From sequence record NC_071015.1: a DNA stretch of 64,000 bases; one strand, written 5' to 3'. The position numbers and the translations under genes were made by a program. This document shows positions 8,415 through 16,934 of the stretch, piece by piece (the stretch's first letter is position 1; each line of letters begins with the position of its first letter). Under the pieces are notes generated by a model. It was given only the letters and a program-made list of their open reading frames with translations, was not told the origin of the DNA and ran no database searches.

Positions 8415-9242
8415 TCAGTTTAAAAGTAACCAGCCGCTAGGGTCTTTAGGTAATTCGCCGTTTTCCAGTTCAAGATGAACATCAATCCGATCACCACGAA
8501 TGGCCAGAACGTAATCAGATTGGCTGGAAAATAGATTTACATGATCACTGCCGGTTTCCCATCCCTTCCAGTCGTCTTCAAAGTAATGGGTTTGAATAGC
8601 AGTCCGCGGTTTAGCAGTCAGTAACTTTCCGATGATTTCCGTTACTTTCTTAACGTTGGTGCCTTTGTCATTGGGCATGAAATAACATATCTTGATTTCA
8701 GGCTCCGAGTTACGGATCAGATCGCTGATCATGTACATATCTTCCGTAGGAAGAAGTACATCCAGATCGTCATCACGCAGCGCTTCCAGATTTTCTTTAT
8801 CTAAAGCCTGAGTATAGAACCGAGGACCTTGGGGAACAAACGCCGCCTTATAGACATAAAGGTTGGAGCCTTTGTCAATAAAGAGCCCTACCTCTGCCAA
8901 AGAAAGTTGTTCTTTGGTGATGACCGAATCTTCAGCCAATGTAACTTCACCATTATCGGGATCCATAGAGCCATGGACAACGGTGACCTTGGCATTAGGA
9001 AGCAATACCGAGACGTTGTTAACAATGCGGTCTACTTTTGCATTATTATCTTCATCGCCAATAACTTCATTGTAAAGAGAAAGAATAAAAATCTCATCCG
9101 GATTGAGAATTCGCAACAGCAGTTCGATGGGATATTGCTTATCACCATATGACTTATAATCTCTGAAGAAGTAAGCAACCTTCCTGCGATCCACTTTACT
9201 TTCTTTCTTCACCACACCTGAAACAATACTTGCTAATGACAT
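8415..9242 (-). CDS. hypothetical protein
   Basis: 275 aa, RBS GAGG. Confidence 0.8.
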   Translation of the reverse strand: MSLASIVSGVVKKESKVDRRKVAYFFRDYKSYGDKQYPIELLLRILNPDEIFILSLYNEVIGDEDNNAKVDRIVNNVSVLLPNAKVTVVHGSMDPDNGEVTLAEDSVITKEQLSLAEVGLFIDKGSNLYVYKAAFVPQGPRFYTQALDKENLEALRDDDLDVLLPTEDMYMISDLIRNSEPEIKICYFMPNDKGTNVKKVTEIIGKLLTAKPRTAIQTHYFEDDWKGWETGSDHVNLFSSQSDYVLAIRGDRIDVHLELENGELPKDPSGWLLLN

Positions 9243-9257
9243 AATGACCTCTGATAA

Positions 9258-9674
9258 TTAACCTGGCTGCCAAACAAAATCTGGTTCTTCAGGTAAGATG
9301 GTATAAGGTGGGACTGAGACACCACCCGCGGAATTAACGTTCACGATTTCAATCGACCAATCTAATCGCATTATGAGTGCAAGATCGGCGGTTTGAATTT
9401 TCTTCCCATCAACTTTGGTATCGTGAAACGCATAAGGAGGGCTGACTTTATCCTGACCTTCAGGAATGGGGCGACGATAAACCAGGTAAGTATCAAATTC
9501 CAGTTCATTGGGATCAAAAGACGCTGACTCAATACGCCCCAGTACTTTGTCAAGTTTGTCCACATTAAGCATGTTTTTCAAGGAATCATCAAAAGTATGA
9601 CCCGGTTCAACTTCCAGCATGACGCAAACAGTTTTCGGACTGAGGTCCTCTAACAATTTTTCAAGAGTCAACAT
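9258..9674 (-). CDS. hypothetical protein
   Basis: 138 aa, RBS GGAGG. Confidence 0.8.
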   Translation of the reverse strand: MLTLEKLLEDLSPKTVCVMLEVEPGHTFDDSLKNMLNVDKLDKVLGRIESASFDPNELEFDTYLVYRRPIPEGQDKVSPPYAFHDTKVDGKKIQTADLALIMRLDWSIEIVNVNSAGGVSVPPYTILPEEPDFVWQPG

Positions 9675-9691
9675 AACAACCTCCGCATAAC

Positions 9692-9719
9692 AGGAGCTAC
9701 AGGTTTCCCCATAGCTCCT
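9692..9719 (-). terminator. hairpin with GNRA loop, possible terminator
   Basis: AGGAGCTATGGG-GAAA-CCTGTAGCTCCT (two G-U pairs); weak U tract. Confidence 0.6.
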
Positions 9720-9727
9720 TAGTTAAG

Positions 9728-9901
9728 TTATCTAGATAAATATGTTTTAACGTCTTCAGCAGTTACATTATCAAGCCCTTTTTGAAAAGCAAGCTCAACA
9801 ACCAAAGAACGTTTTATTTTCATCTGTGTTTCCGTTACCAGTCTTACCAGTAACGCGTCAATTTTTTCATCGACGTTTCTTGACACATGAATCGTTGGTA
9901 T
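9728..9901 (-). CDS. putative ribbon-helix-helix DNA-binding protein (57 aa, ATA start or read-through product); missing from the ORF track
   Basis: (M)PTIHVSRNVDEKIDALLVRLVTETQMKIKRSLVVELAFQKGLDNVTAEDVKTYLSR*: alternating N-terminal strand, two helices with an RS-x-VV-E-L-A helix B; AGGA 7 nt before ATA; fills an otherwise empty gap. Confidence 0.6.
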   Translation of the reverse strand: MPTIHVSRNVDEKIDALLVRLVTETQMKIKRSLVVELAFQKGLDNVTAEDVKTYLSR

Positions 9902-9910
9902 TTTTAGATC

Positions 9911-10768
9911 CTACAAAAATACTTTCTTAACATCATTAAGATACGTTAAGAACTTTTTGCCGCTTTCTTCACCAAAGAAGATAAACGCGCGCTGGGCATA
10001 CATAAGACGATCGGTAGAAATGCCGACCGCATACCGCCCATCAGGAAGACAGAACCTGAATAGACGGACGTTAATGTCGCGAAGTTCAGGAACGGTCAAC
10101 TTGTATTCCATAGCACCGTTCGTTGTCGCCTTGATCCCTTTAATGAGATCGTAGATAAAGGCCGTCCCTTCAAACTCCAGCTGGAACATTTCAAACGCAT
10201 CGACAAACTCTACTTTATGAGGAAGTTCGGGGCGCTTCTTAAACTCCCACCAAGCAAATTTATCCTGATCCCCAAAATAGTCTTTACCGACTACAGACGT
10301 AAAGACTCCACCGTGGTCCGTGATAACGGTCTCCATTTGGTTTTTATAATTTCCCCAATAGAAACAGTTAAATGCACTCAGTAAGGCAACGAACGCCTCT
10401 AAGCCTTGAATAGACACTTTTCCAAATTGGCAGTTATTGGTGGAGACACTGACCTGATGACGATGATAGTCTTTGCCGTTAAAATGCACCGGCTCTCGAC
10501 CAAAGCTGAATTTGTCTTTAGGTGTACTTTTAACTTTACTCATTAACGAGACAATATCATATACTTCGTCTCTGTTAAATGACGGGCTTGTCCACCTGCC
10601 GGATGTCAGACGACAATGATCTTTAAAAATCTCTAAATGGGTGATGCGACCTGGATCAACGTGCATTACCGCTAACGGTTTTGGCGGAATGTAGTTAAAT
10701 TTATTATACGGGGCAACAGGTGTTGATTCTTTCATGATAAGCTCCTCGCTTATGTTGGTTGATGACAT
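9911..10768 (-). CDS. hypothetical protein
   Basis: 285 aa, RBS GAGGAG, ends in TAG. Confidence 0.85.
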   Translation of the reverse strand: MSSTNISEELIMKESTPVAPYNKFNYIPPKPLAVMHVDPGRITHLEIFKDHCRLTSGRWTSPSFNRDEVYDIVSLMSKVKSTPKDKFSFGREPVHFNGKDYHRHQVSVSTNNCQFGKVSIQGLEAFVALLSAFNCFYWGNYKNQMETVITDHGGVFTSVVGKDYFGDQDKFAWWEFKKRPELPHKVEFVDAFEMFQLEFEGTAFIYDLIKGIKATTNGAMEYKLTVPELRDINVRLFRFCLPDGRYAVGISTDRLMYAQRAFIFFGEESGKKFLTYLNDVKKVFL

Positions 10769-10811
10769 TTGTCAAAGGCTCCTCAGTCCTCCTGAGGTCA
10801 CCCTGTATTAC

Positions 10812-11747
10812 TTACCGATCTTGCAGGAAATATTTTACGCCACCAATAAAGGTACGCAGATGGTCAAAGTTGGTTTGATCCACCATGAACATCACCTTGT
10901 TATTAGTCGGTGCCATATCGGTATTAATGGTCAGCCATATTTTCCCGAAGGACTGCATGGTACTAATATAGGTGTTGTATTTCTTTAAAATAGGATGCTT
11001 GGTAAAAAGTAAATGAAGATGATCTTTATCGAGATTATCCTCAAGCTTTTCCAAACTTGCATGAAGCGTTTCAATGAACTCTAACCAGGTCATGCCAGAG
11101 ATGTGGTTAGACGCCCAGAAGAGTTCAGTACGACCATATCGCAGCGTAAGCTTCCCACTGTCCCCGTTTTGCACATAACGTAAGAACGACATGGGAACGT
11201 CATGACGATGATCACCGTGATGGGTTACCAAGAACATGGTCTGTTCCCGTTTCCCATTCGTATAGACTTCAGTGGTGTGGAATGGACAATCGGTTCCCTT
11301 CGGATTGGTTTCTCGGAAGTTCACCAACGACCCAATCAGATTGGTATAGAAGCTGTTAACTTCGTCATGTGGAATGTTGTATCGCTCACCGTTGTCCAGG
11401 AACCACATCTGACGACAGTTAAAACGAATCCGCCCAATACTGGTGGTTACGGTGTAATCTTTTTCCGGGAACATCTTTATCCCGCTCAACAGGTGATTCA
11501 GTTCCGTGATCATCTTGCCCGCATCGGTAAAATTGAAGAACGCCGAGCGTTTGTTTTTGTTGTAGTTGAACTGCGCCAGCGGGGTGTTCAACTTAGCGGT
11601 GCTGGATCTCACGGTAGGGTGGTAATGAATCAGGAAGATCGGGTTGGTGGTATTCAGTACTCGCGTAATACGTTTGGCACTACGATGGTAGCTTTCAAGC
11701 GTGTCACCATCAAACGAATTCAGATTGACTGCGGTAGCGATAGACAT
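10812..11747 (-). CDS. hypothetical early protein
   Basis: Start reassigned to ATG 11747 after AAGGAG; 311 aa. Confidence 0.85.
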   Translation of the reverse strand: MSIATAVNLNSFDGDTLESYHRSAKRITRVLNTTNPIFLIHYHPTVRSSTAKLNTPLAQFNYNKNKRSAFFNFTDAGKMITELNHLLSGIKMFPEKDYTVTTSIGRIRFNCRQMWFLDNGERYNIPHDEVNSFYTNLIGSLVNFRETNPKGTDCPFHTTEVYTNGKREQTMFLVTHHGDHRHDVPMSFLRYVQNGDSGKLTLRYGRTELFWASNHISGMTWLEFIETLHASLEKLEDNLDKDHLHLLFTKHPILKKYNTYISTMQSFGKIWLTINTDMAPTNNKVMFMVDQTNFDHLRTFIGGVKYFLQDR

Positions 11748-11806
11748 ATTGAACTCCTTGTCGTTCAATAAAGAAAACGTTAACTTTGTTGTTAGTTAAT
11801 TAATGT

Positions 11807-11839
11807 CTGAGATAGACACGTTAATAATATCTATCTCAG
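11807..11839 (-). promoter_or_regulatory. putative early promoter (11817..11838) overlapped by a perfect 10-bp inverted repeat
   Basis: CTGAGATAGA-13 nt-TCTATCTCAG; contains TGAG-ATAG-ATATTA-TTAAC-GTG. Confidence 0.65.
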
Positions 11840-11844
11840 TTTAG

Positions 11845-12417
11845 TTAGAAGGGTAATTCTGTTTCCATAGCAAACTGCATGAGTCTTTCTACGTCTACCT
11901 CTACTCCCTCATACGGTGCAGTAACAGCCCTGTGGAGTAAACAGGCACCAAAGAAATGTTCGGTAACGTTAAGTCGATCAATCGCCATCTGCGACAATTT
12001 GATCACCCCAATGACTTTAATGATCCCGACTTCATTAATCTCCAGCCGATAAGACAAAAGAGTGCCAGCAGACCAAGCTGGATCAATAACCAGTCCCGCA
12101 ATCAACTCGTCAATAGTTTTAACTTCTTTCGTTCTTTCTCTTATACGGGAATACTCGACTTCGCCAATCGAAGTACCTACAAACCGATCCATCATCGGTC
12201 TGAGTTTTTCTTTGGTGATTAAAAAGGTTCGGTTGCCTACAGGAGAGTATTTGTTAAAGAACGTCAAAATGCATTCAATCGTTCCATCTTCTTTAATGTC
12301 GTCTTTAGAAATAAGACGGCCTTTTTCAACGGATGCAGGTTGTACACCCACATCTTTAAATTCCTTTACTCGCAGATCAATTGTGTCCTGATATTGCTTA
12401 GCGTCAAACGTTTCCAT
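11845..12417 (-). CDS. hypothetical protein, possible degenerate prohead-protease paralog
   Basis: 190 aa; GNRTF...KEKL...SIGEVEY...IDPA...VIGVIKL pattern. Confidence 0.55.
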   Translation of the reverse strand: METFDAKQYQDTIDLRVKEFKDVGVQPASVEKGRLISKDDIKEDGTIECILTFFNKYSPVGNRTFLITKEKLRPMMDRFVGTSIGEVEYSRIRERTKEVKTIDELIAGLVIDPAWSAGTLLSYRLEINEVGIIKVIGVIKLSQMAIDRLNVTEHFFGACLLHRAVTAPYEGVEVDVERLMQFAMETELPF

Positions 12418-12426
12418 TTTGTTTCC

Positions 12427-12840
12427 TTAAATAATAAATTGTTTCCACCAGTGATCTTCTTCAGTACTGGCCGAAAGAGTATACTCGCCGTCAAAGTTAA
12501 CCAGACGGGTTGTGATCTCGACTTCTTCTTCCATGGCGTACTTCACCAGAAACTCCGGTTGAATCAACATGGTAATGGAGCCGTTCAGCATAACGGAACC
12601 ATTCAGGTTTCCACCCCCTACTGGCTCATAAGAACAAGTAAAGCAATTGATTATCCCCAATCGACGATTAACATCTGAGGCAATATAGAACGCAGATCCC
12701 ATCATGGATTTGGTTAATGACCGCACCATGTTGTAAAACACGTCTGATTCAGCTACCACATTAGCAACCAGCAAACGCACGACAGGATCTTTCTCACCTT
12801 CAGTATAAAGACGCGCTGAAACCTCAGAAACTGTGTTCAT
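12427..12840 (-). CDS. hypothetical protein
   Basis: Start reassigned to ATG 12840 after AAGGA; 137 aa. Confidence 0.75.
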   Translation of the reverse strand: MNTVSEVSARLYTEGEKDPVVRLLVANVVAESDVFYNMVRSLTKSMMGSAFYIASDVNRRLGIINCFTCSYEPVGGGNLNGSVMLNGSITMLIQPEFLVKYAMEEEVEITTRLVNFDGEYTLSASTEEDHWWKQFII

Positions 12841-12864
12841 AATTTTCCTTATAAACAAACATAG

Positions 12865-12892
12865 AGTTAAGGAGGGATATCCCTCCTTAACT
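12865..12892 (-). terminator. intrinsic terminator
   Basis: 12-bp stem AGTTAAGGAGGG-ATAT-CCCTCCTTAACT, followed by CTATGTTTGTTT. Confidence 0.85.
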
Positions 12893-12900
12893 ACTACGAA

Positions 12901-13506
12901 TTAATACGGATGATAACCATGCTCAGAATCGAGCAGAAACGCCGTCAGCGCCATTTCAACCTGTTCCAGGGTGATTGTCTGTTCTTCGGTCGTCGGCTCG
13001 CCCAGATCGATGTCATAGGTCTTTTTGACGTACTCACGCAGATCAGCTGCCTTGGAACTCAGAGCGAACTTCAGGATGTCTTGAGAAAGACCAAACAGGT
13101 TGACCAGCATCAGTTCGAACAGATGCTCGTGGTCGGTGATTTTCTGGCCGGAGATGTTCAGGATAATAGCATCTTGACGCCAGGTACGTGTGGTGACGTC
13201 TTGCTGCGCCAGCGGAACCAGATCCAGACCGATGATGCTGTTCAGGTATCGGATCAGTTTGACTGCGTACAGGTTGACCAGTTGGTATTTGACTTTGGTA
13301 CCCATCTGTTCAACGATCGGGCACTGTTTGTCAGTGGTATAAAGAGACAGCCACACTTCGTTCATTTCTTTTAGTGTGTTACGAAGCGTAACGCCTTGAA
13401 GAGCCAGCTCGCGCACCTGCGTGGCAATACGCAGTGTAGACAGAGAAGGAAGTTTAACGGTGGTGGATTCCCAGTTAGCCGGAACGGCCAGAGTTTGTTC
13501 GGACAT
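12901..13506 (-). CDS. putative head protein (SPN3US gp246-position)
   Basis: 201 aa from ATG 13506 (AAGGA RBS); biased codons; adjacent to the protease. Confidence 0.5.
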   Translation of the reverse strand: MSEQTLAVPANWESTTVKLPSLSTLRIATQVRELALQGVTLRNTLKEMNEVWLSLYTTDKQCPIVEQMGTKVKYQLVNLYAVKLIRYLNSIIGLDLVPLAQQDVTTRTWRQDAIILNISGQKITDHEHLFELMLVNLFGLSQDILKFALSSKAADLREYVKKTYDIDLGEPTTEEQTITLEQVEMALTAFLLDSEHGYHPY

Positions 13507-13598
13507 GTGCTTCTTTCCTTTCAACGAATAAGTGTGTAAATACACGACTCTAAAGAATAGTAATGGGTTAACGTAGAATAGAAATGAACATAAAAAAT

Positions 13599-13626
13599 AA
13601 GTGAAGACCCCGAAGGATCCTCACTT
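13599..13626 (-). terminator. intrinsic terminator
   Basis: AAGTGAGGATCC-TTCG-GGGTCTTCACTT followed by ATTTTTT. Confidence 0.85.
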
Positions 13627-13632
13627 ACATTT

Positions 13633-14484
13633 TTAGAAGATATCCGTAAAGCTTTTACCTACAACAGCAGTGTCGCCAGTACGGTAGTTGGTTTTGATGA
13701 CATTCAGCATGTCACGGAAGTGATCTAACGCTTCCATCCCACCTACGTGTGCCAATGCTTCCTGGTTGTCAGTTGCGGTATGCAGCGCTTCATCCAGACG
13801 TTCAATGACTTCCGATACGCTAAACTTCTGCATGTTGTCATTCAAACCGAAGCTGTCAAGGAAGCTCTCACACCCAGCCGTCATGTGTTTATTGGCATGG
13901 ATCATCCCAGGTTCAGAAACCCAGTCATACCCTGTCCAGTATTCCACATTCTTCTGCGTGTCACCTGGCTTAAACGGAGAGATCTGAGTACGAATCGAAA
14001 CCGCAGTATTATGACGCGGGTTCATCAACGACTCTTTAAACTCTCCGCCACGTGGACCAAACGGTTCACAGCAGATATAGTTCCAGATCGGCGCGCGCAT
14101 GTTGCGTGGATCTTCAAAGCGGAATTTGATTTCGCTAATCAGTCCACAGATGTTGGTATCGTCATAAGAGCGCAGCCGGTTAATCCACTGAAGGACATCC
14201 GTCATAGGACGCTGGTATTTGATTCCGTTCTCAACAACATAGAAGACAGGCTGGGGATGTTCAACTTCCATTTTACAAAAGCCCATCTTCACTCGACGTT
14301 GTAAATCAGAGTTAGCCTCGAGTTGTGCCAGCACATAGTCGTTGGCAGGATAAACGATCCCTGCATGGTTAGGAATGTTGAACCCACCCGCGTTCAGCTC
14401 ATACACGCCGTCAGCATTGGGCTTCAGAATCCCTTTCTTCCCGCTGTTGGCGAGAATGATGTTACCTAAACTAATCTCAGACAT
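13633..14484 (-). CDS. prohead (head maturation) serine protease, phiKZ gp175 / SPN3US gp245-like
   Basis: GGFNIPNHAGIVYP, EVEHP (His), TAVSIRT (Ser); C-terminal AGCE and GGME self-cleavage-like sites; synteny; start ATG 14484 after GGAG. Confidence 0.85.
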   Translation of the reverse strand: MSEISLGNIILANSGKKGILKPNADGVYELNAGGFNIPNHAGIVYPANDYVLAQLEANSDLQRRVKMGFCKMEVEHPQPVFYVVENGIKYQRPMTDVLQWINRLRSYDDTNICGLISEIKFRFEDPRNMRAPIWNYICCEPFGPRGGEFKESLMNPRHNTAVSIRTQISPFKPGDTQKNVEYWTGYDWVSEPGMIHANKHMTAGCESFLDSFGLNDNMQKFSVSEVIERLDEALHTATDNQEALAHVGGMEALDHFRDMLNVIKTNYRTGDTAVVGKSFTDIF

Positions 14485-15223
14485 TATTGTCTCCACCTGA
14501 GGACGGGAGCCCTCGGAATACTTCTTCCAGGCTGGTGACCTTAGTATCCGGATTAAGAATACCCGAAACGATGTTGTCAGACATGTAACCCGAAGCCAGA
14601 CGGCTAAAGGTGGAGTTCAACAACTGCCCTGGGTTGTTAATACCGATGATACGAGGTTTTACGTTGGGGTCTTTGAGTGATGGAGAGTAACGGAACGGAA
14701 TATCCAAATTAATCGGATCCCGACAAACCAGCGAGTAAAATACCCGGATAGCTTGGTTACAAGTCCCCATCGCCTTACCAGTATAAAACTTCGCTTCATC
14801 ATAGACGCTCAACAGGTCTTCTTCATTGAAGTACCATGGGATACGCGCATACTTGGTGAACTCAAGGTAATAGTAGTAGCCGATGTTGGCGTCCATAGGA
14901 ACGGTCAACGCTTCGATTACCACATCCCCGGGTTCAAAATCCAACATGAAGTAACGGTCATTGTTGATCGTCTCTTCATAGATATCCCCTGGCTTCAATG
15001 TGACCTTTGTCATTCCCCCAAAGAACGCATAGCTGTCACCGACGATCACGCCCAACATTAATATCGAGTGAACGGTATCGCCGATCTCAGCCAAGTTACT
15101 TTGTTCAAAACGCTTTGGAAGACAAACAGTGAGCTTCTTTAATGCAACGACGCTTTTATCTGGCATGAAGGACAGGGCGGACAGAATCCGCCCCGTATCT
15201 TTCTTCAGCTTTTCAATATCCAT
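14477..15223 (-). CDS. virion RNA polymerase beta' C-terminal subunit (SPN3US gp244 / phiKZ gp176-like)
   Basis: 248 aa; C-terminal IGINNPGQLLNSTFSRLASGY...LEEVFRG resembles the beta' clamp-core end; size and position fit. Confidence 0.65.
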   Translation of the reverse strand: MDIEKLKKDTGRILSALSFMPDKSVVALKKLTVCLPKRFEQSNLAEIGDTVHSILMLGVIVGDSYAFFGGMTKVTLKPGDIYEETINNDRYFMLDFEPGDVVIEALTVPMDANIGYYYYLEFTKYARIPWYFNEEDLLSVYDEAKFYTGKAMGTCNQAIRVFYSLVCRDPINLDIPFRYSPSLKDPNVKPRIIGINNPGQLLNSTFSRLASGYMSDNIVSGILNPDTKVTSLEEVFRGLPSSGGDNNV

Positions 15224-16755
15224 TAGGCATTAAACAGTCGTTTGATAATGACTTTATCGATGGAATGAGAAAGTGCTTTACGCTGTTGTTCGACGCTCCC
15301 GACCGGGTTGTTCGCATTCAGGGTCAGAATCTCTTCAGCGATTGGGCAGTCAAACACATCGGCCAGTTTTGCCGCCAGGTAGGTGTTCATCAGGGAGTTG
15401 TCCCCACGAAGCACAGAGTCCAGCAGCGGGATGTTGTTGAAGAACAGACCAATGTCAATGTGATTAGCAAGACGCGCTTGAACACGTTGGTTCGGTGCTA
15501 CGTCGTCATTCATCGCATCAATCAGCGGCTTATACTCTTCTTTGGCGTACAGACCTTCCAGAACCTGCATGAACACCTTACGTGCCACGTTGTTCTTGTT
15601 GGTCAGGATTGCTTGCGTAACATCGTTACGGTATTCAACCCAAGCCTGTTTAACCACATCGCGGTCAGTGATGATATCTTTCACATTGTAACCACGGTGT
15701 TTGGCGTACAGGAACCCAATCACGTATTCGGTCAGTGACAGTTCATCAGCTTGTGCAAACATCTCCAGCACAGCGGTGTTGTACCCGATGGTCAGACTGC
15801 CTGACAGGTATTTGATCCCGTTCAGACCAGACCCATCACTGAAGCCGTTACCCTGGGTATCGTATTTCACCGCCTGGTCCAAAATGATGATACCGGCTGC
15901 TGCACGCGATTCCCACAGTGCACGGAAACGTGCCAGAAGAGAAGAGAGCAGATCACGGGTCATGCGCAGTGATGCACGGTACTCTTCCAGAGACACATCA
16001 GTAACGCCCGGGAGTGGATCGTCCATTGCCACCAATTTGTTCAGAAGCAGACTGGCGATAACCAGTGTACGGAAGGATTCAAAACGGAAGTTCCCACCGT
16101 GGTTAATCAGTGCCACGCCTTCTTTTACACAATCAGGGCTGAAGATCGTCCACCAGTTCTTTTCGATGAACAGGGCGTTGTACACGTTCTCTACTTCGGC
16201 TGGGCTGCTGAAGAAAGTGCGCAGGGTATCAACTTCTACTGCGATCAGTTCTACCAGCTCAGTGGCGCTCAGGCGCGGATACGAACCTTGAAGCAGATTA
16301 CTCAGACGAACTGAGTCAACCCCGTTAAACGTTGCCGGTACTTCTTTCGGGTAGTACGGCGAGTTCAGGAACGCCGGCTCGATGTTCATCATGTTGATCT
16401 GGAGTTGATCAAAGATGGTGTCGGTAGCGTTAGACGAACTCAGCTGACCTTTCAGTTTTTCCTGGGTATCGGCAAGGATCGGCTTGATCGTTTTGCTGAT
16501 GGTATACAATGCAGAACGGATACGGTCAGCCACAATGGTGGAGGCCATGTCCAGCACTTCGGTGTGATCCGGAACCAGCGCAGTGTAATCCGGCAGCTCG
16601 GTCGCAATGTTCTCTTCCGTAAAGCTGACGATATTGGCAGTGGTCTCGTTCAGACCCTTAATAATGTCCCCGGCTTTCTCGTGAAGGTTCAGGTCCTTTT
16701 CCGTGGCAAGCATGGCAATGGGGGTTGCCATCAAAATGGTTGATTGCTTAATCAT
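15223..16755 (-). CDS. virion head protein (SPN3US gp243 / phiKZ gp177-like)
   Basis: 510 aa, biased codons, position between beta'C and betaN. Confidence 0.6.
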   Translation of the reverse strand: MIKQSTILMATPIAMLATEKDLNLHEKAGDIIKGLNETTANIVSFTEENIATELPDYTALVPDHTEVLDMASTIVADRIRSALYTISKTIKPILADTQEKLKGQLSSSNATDTIFDQLQINMMNIEPAFLNSPYYPKEVPATFNGVDSVRLSNLLQGSYPRLSATELVELIAVEVDTLRTFFSSPAEVENVYNALFIEKNWWTIFSPDCVKEGVALINHGGNFRFESFRTLVIASLLLNKLVAMDDPLPGVTDVSLEEYRASLRMTRDLLSSLLARFRALWESRAAAGIIILDQAVKYDTQGNGFSDGSGLNGIKYLSGSLTIGYNTAVLEMFAQADELSLTEYVIGFLYAKHRGYNVKDIITDRDVVKQAWVEYRNDVTQAILTNKNNVARKVFMQVLEGLYAKEEYKPLIDAMNDDVAPNQRVQARLANHIDIGLFFNNIPLLDSVLRGDNSLMNTYLAAKLADVFDCPIAEEILTLNANNPVGSVEQQRKALSHSIDKVIIKRLFNA

Positions 16756-16922
16756 TATTTATCATCTCCCAGGATGGCTTCTTTGATCGCACGGGAGGTG
16801 ACTTCGTTTTGAACGTCAGCTTCTAACGGAGCTTGAAATTCGTACCCCACCTTTTCTTTTACTGCACTCACAAACTCAAACACGTTTGCGACTGTAGTAA
16901 TGTTGTCTGTTAATTTAGACAT
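16755..16922 (-). CDS. small protein (55 aa), possibly SPN3US gp242-like; missing from the ORF track
   Basis: MSKLTDNITTVANVFEFVSAVKEKVGYEFQAPLEADVQNEVTSRAIKEAILGDDK*; AAGGA RBS; stop overlaps the next start (TAATG). Confidence 0.8.
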   Translation of the reverse strand: MSKLTDNITTVANVFEFVSAVKEKVGYEFQAPLEADVQNEVTSRAIKEAILGDDK

Positions 16923-16934
16923 GAATAACTTTCC

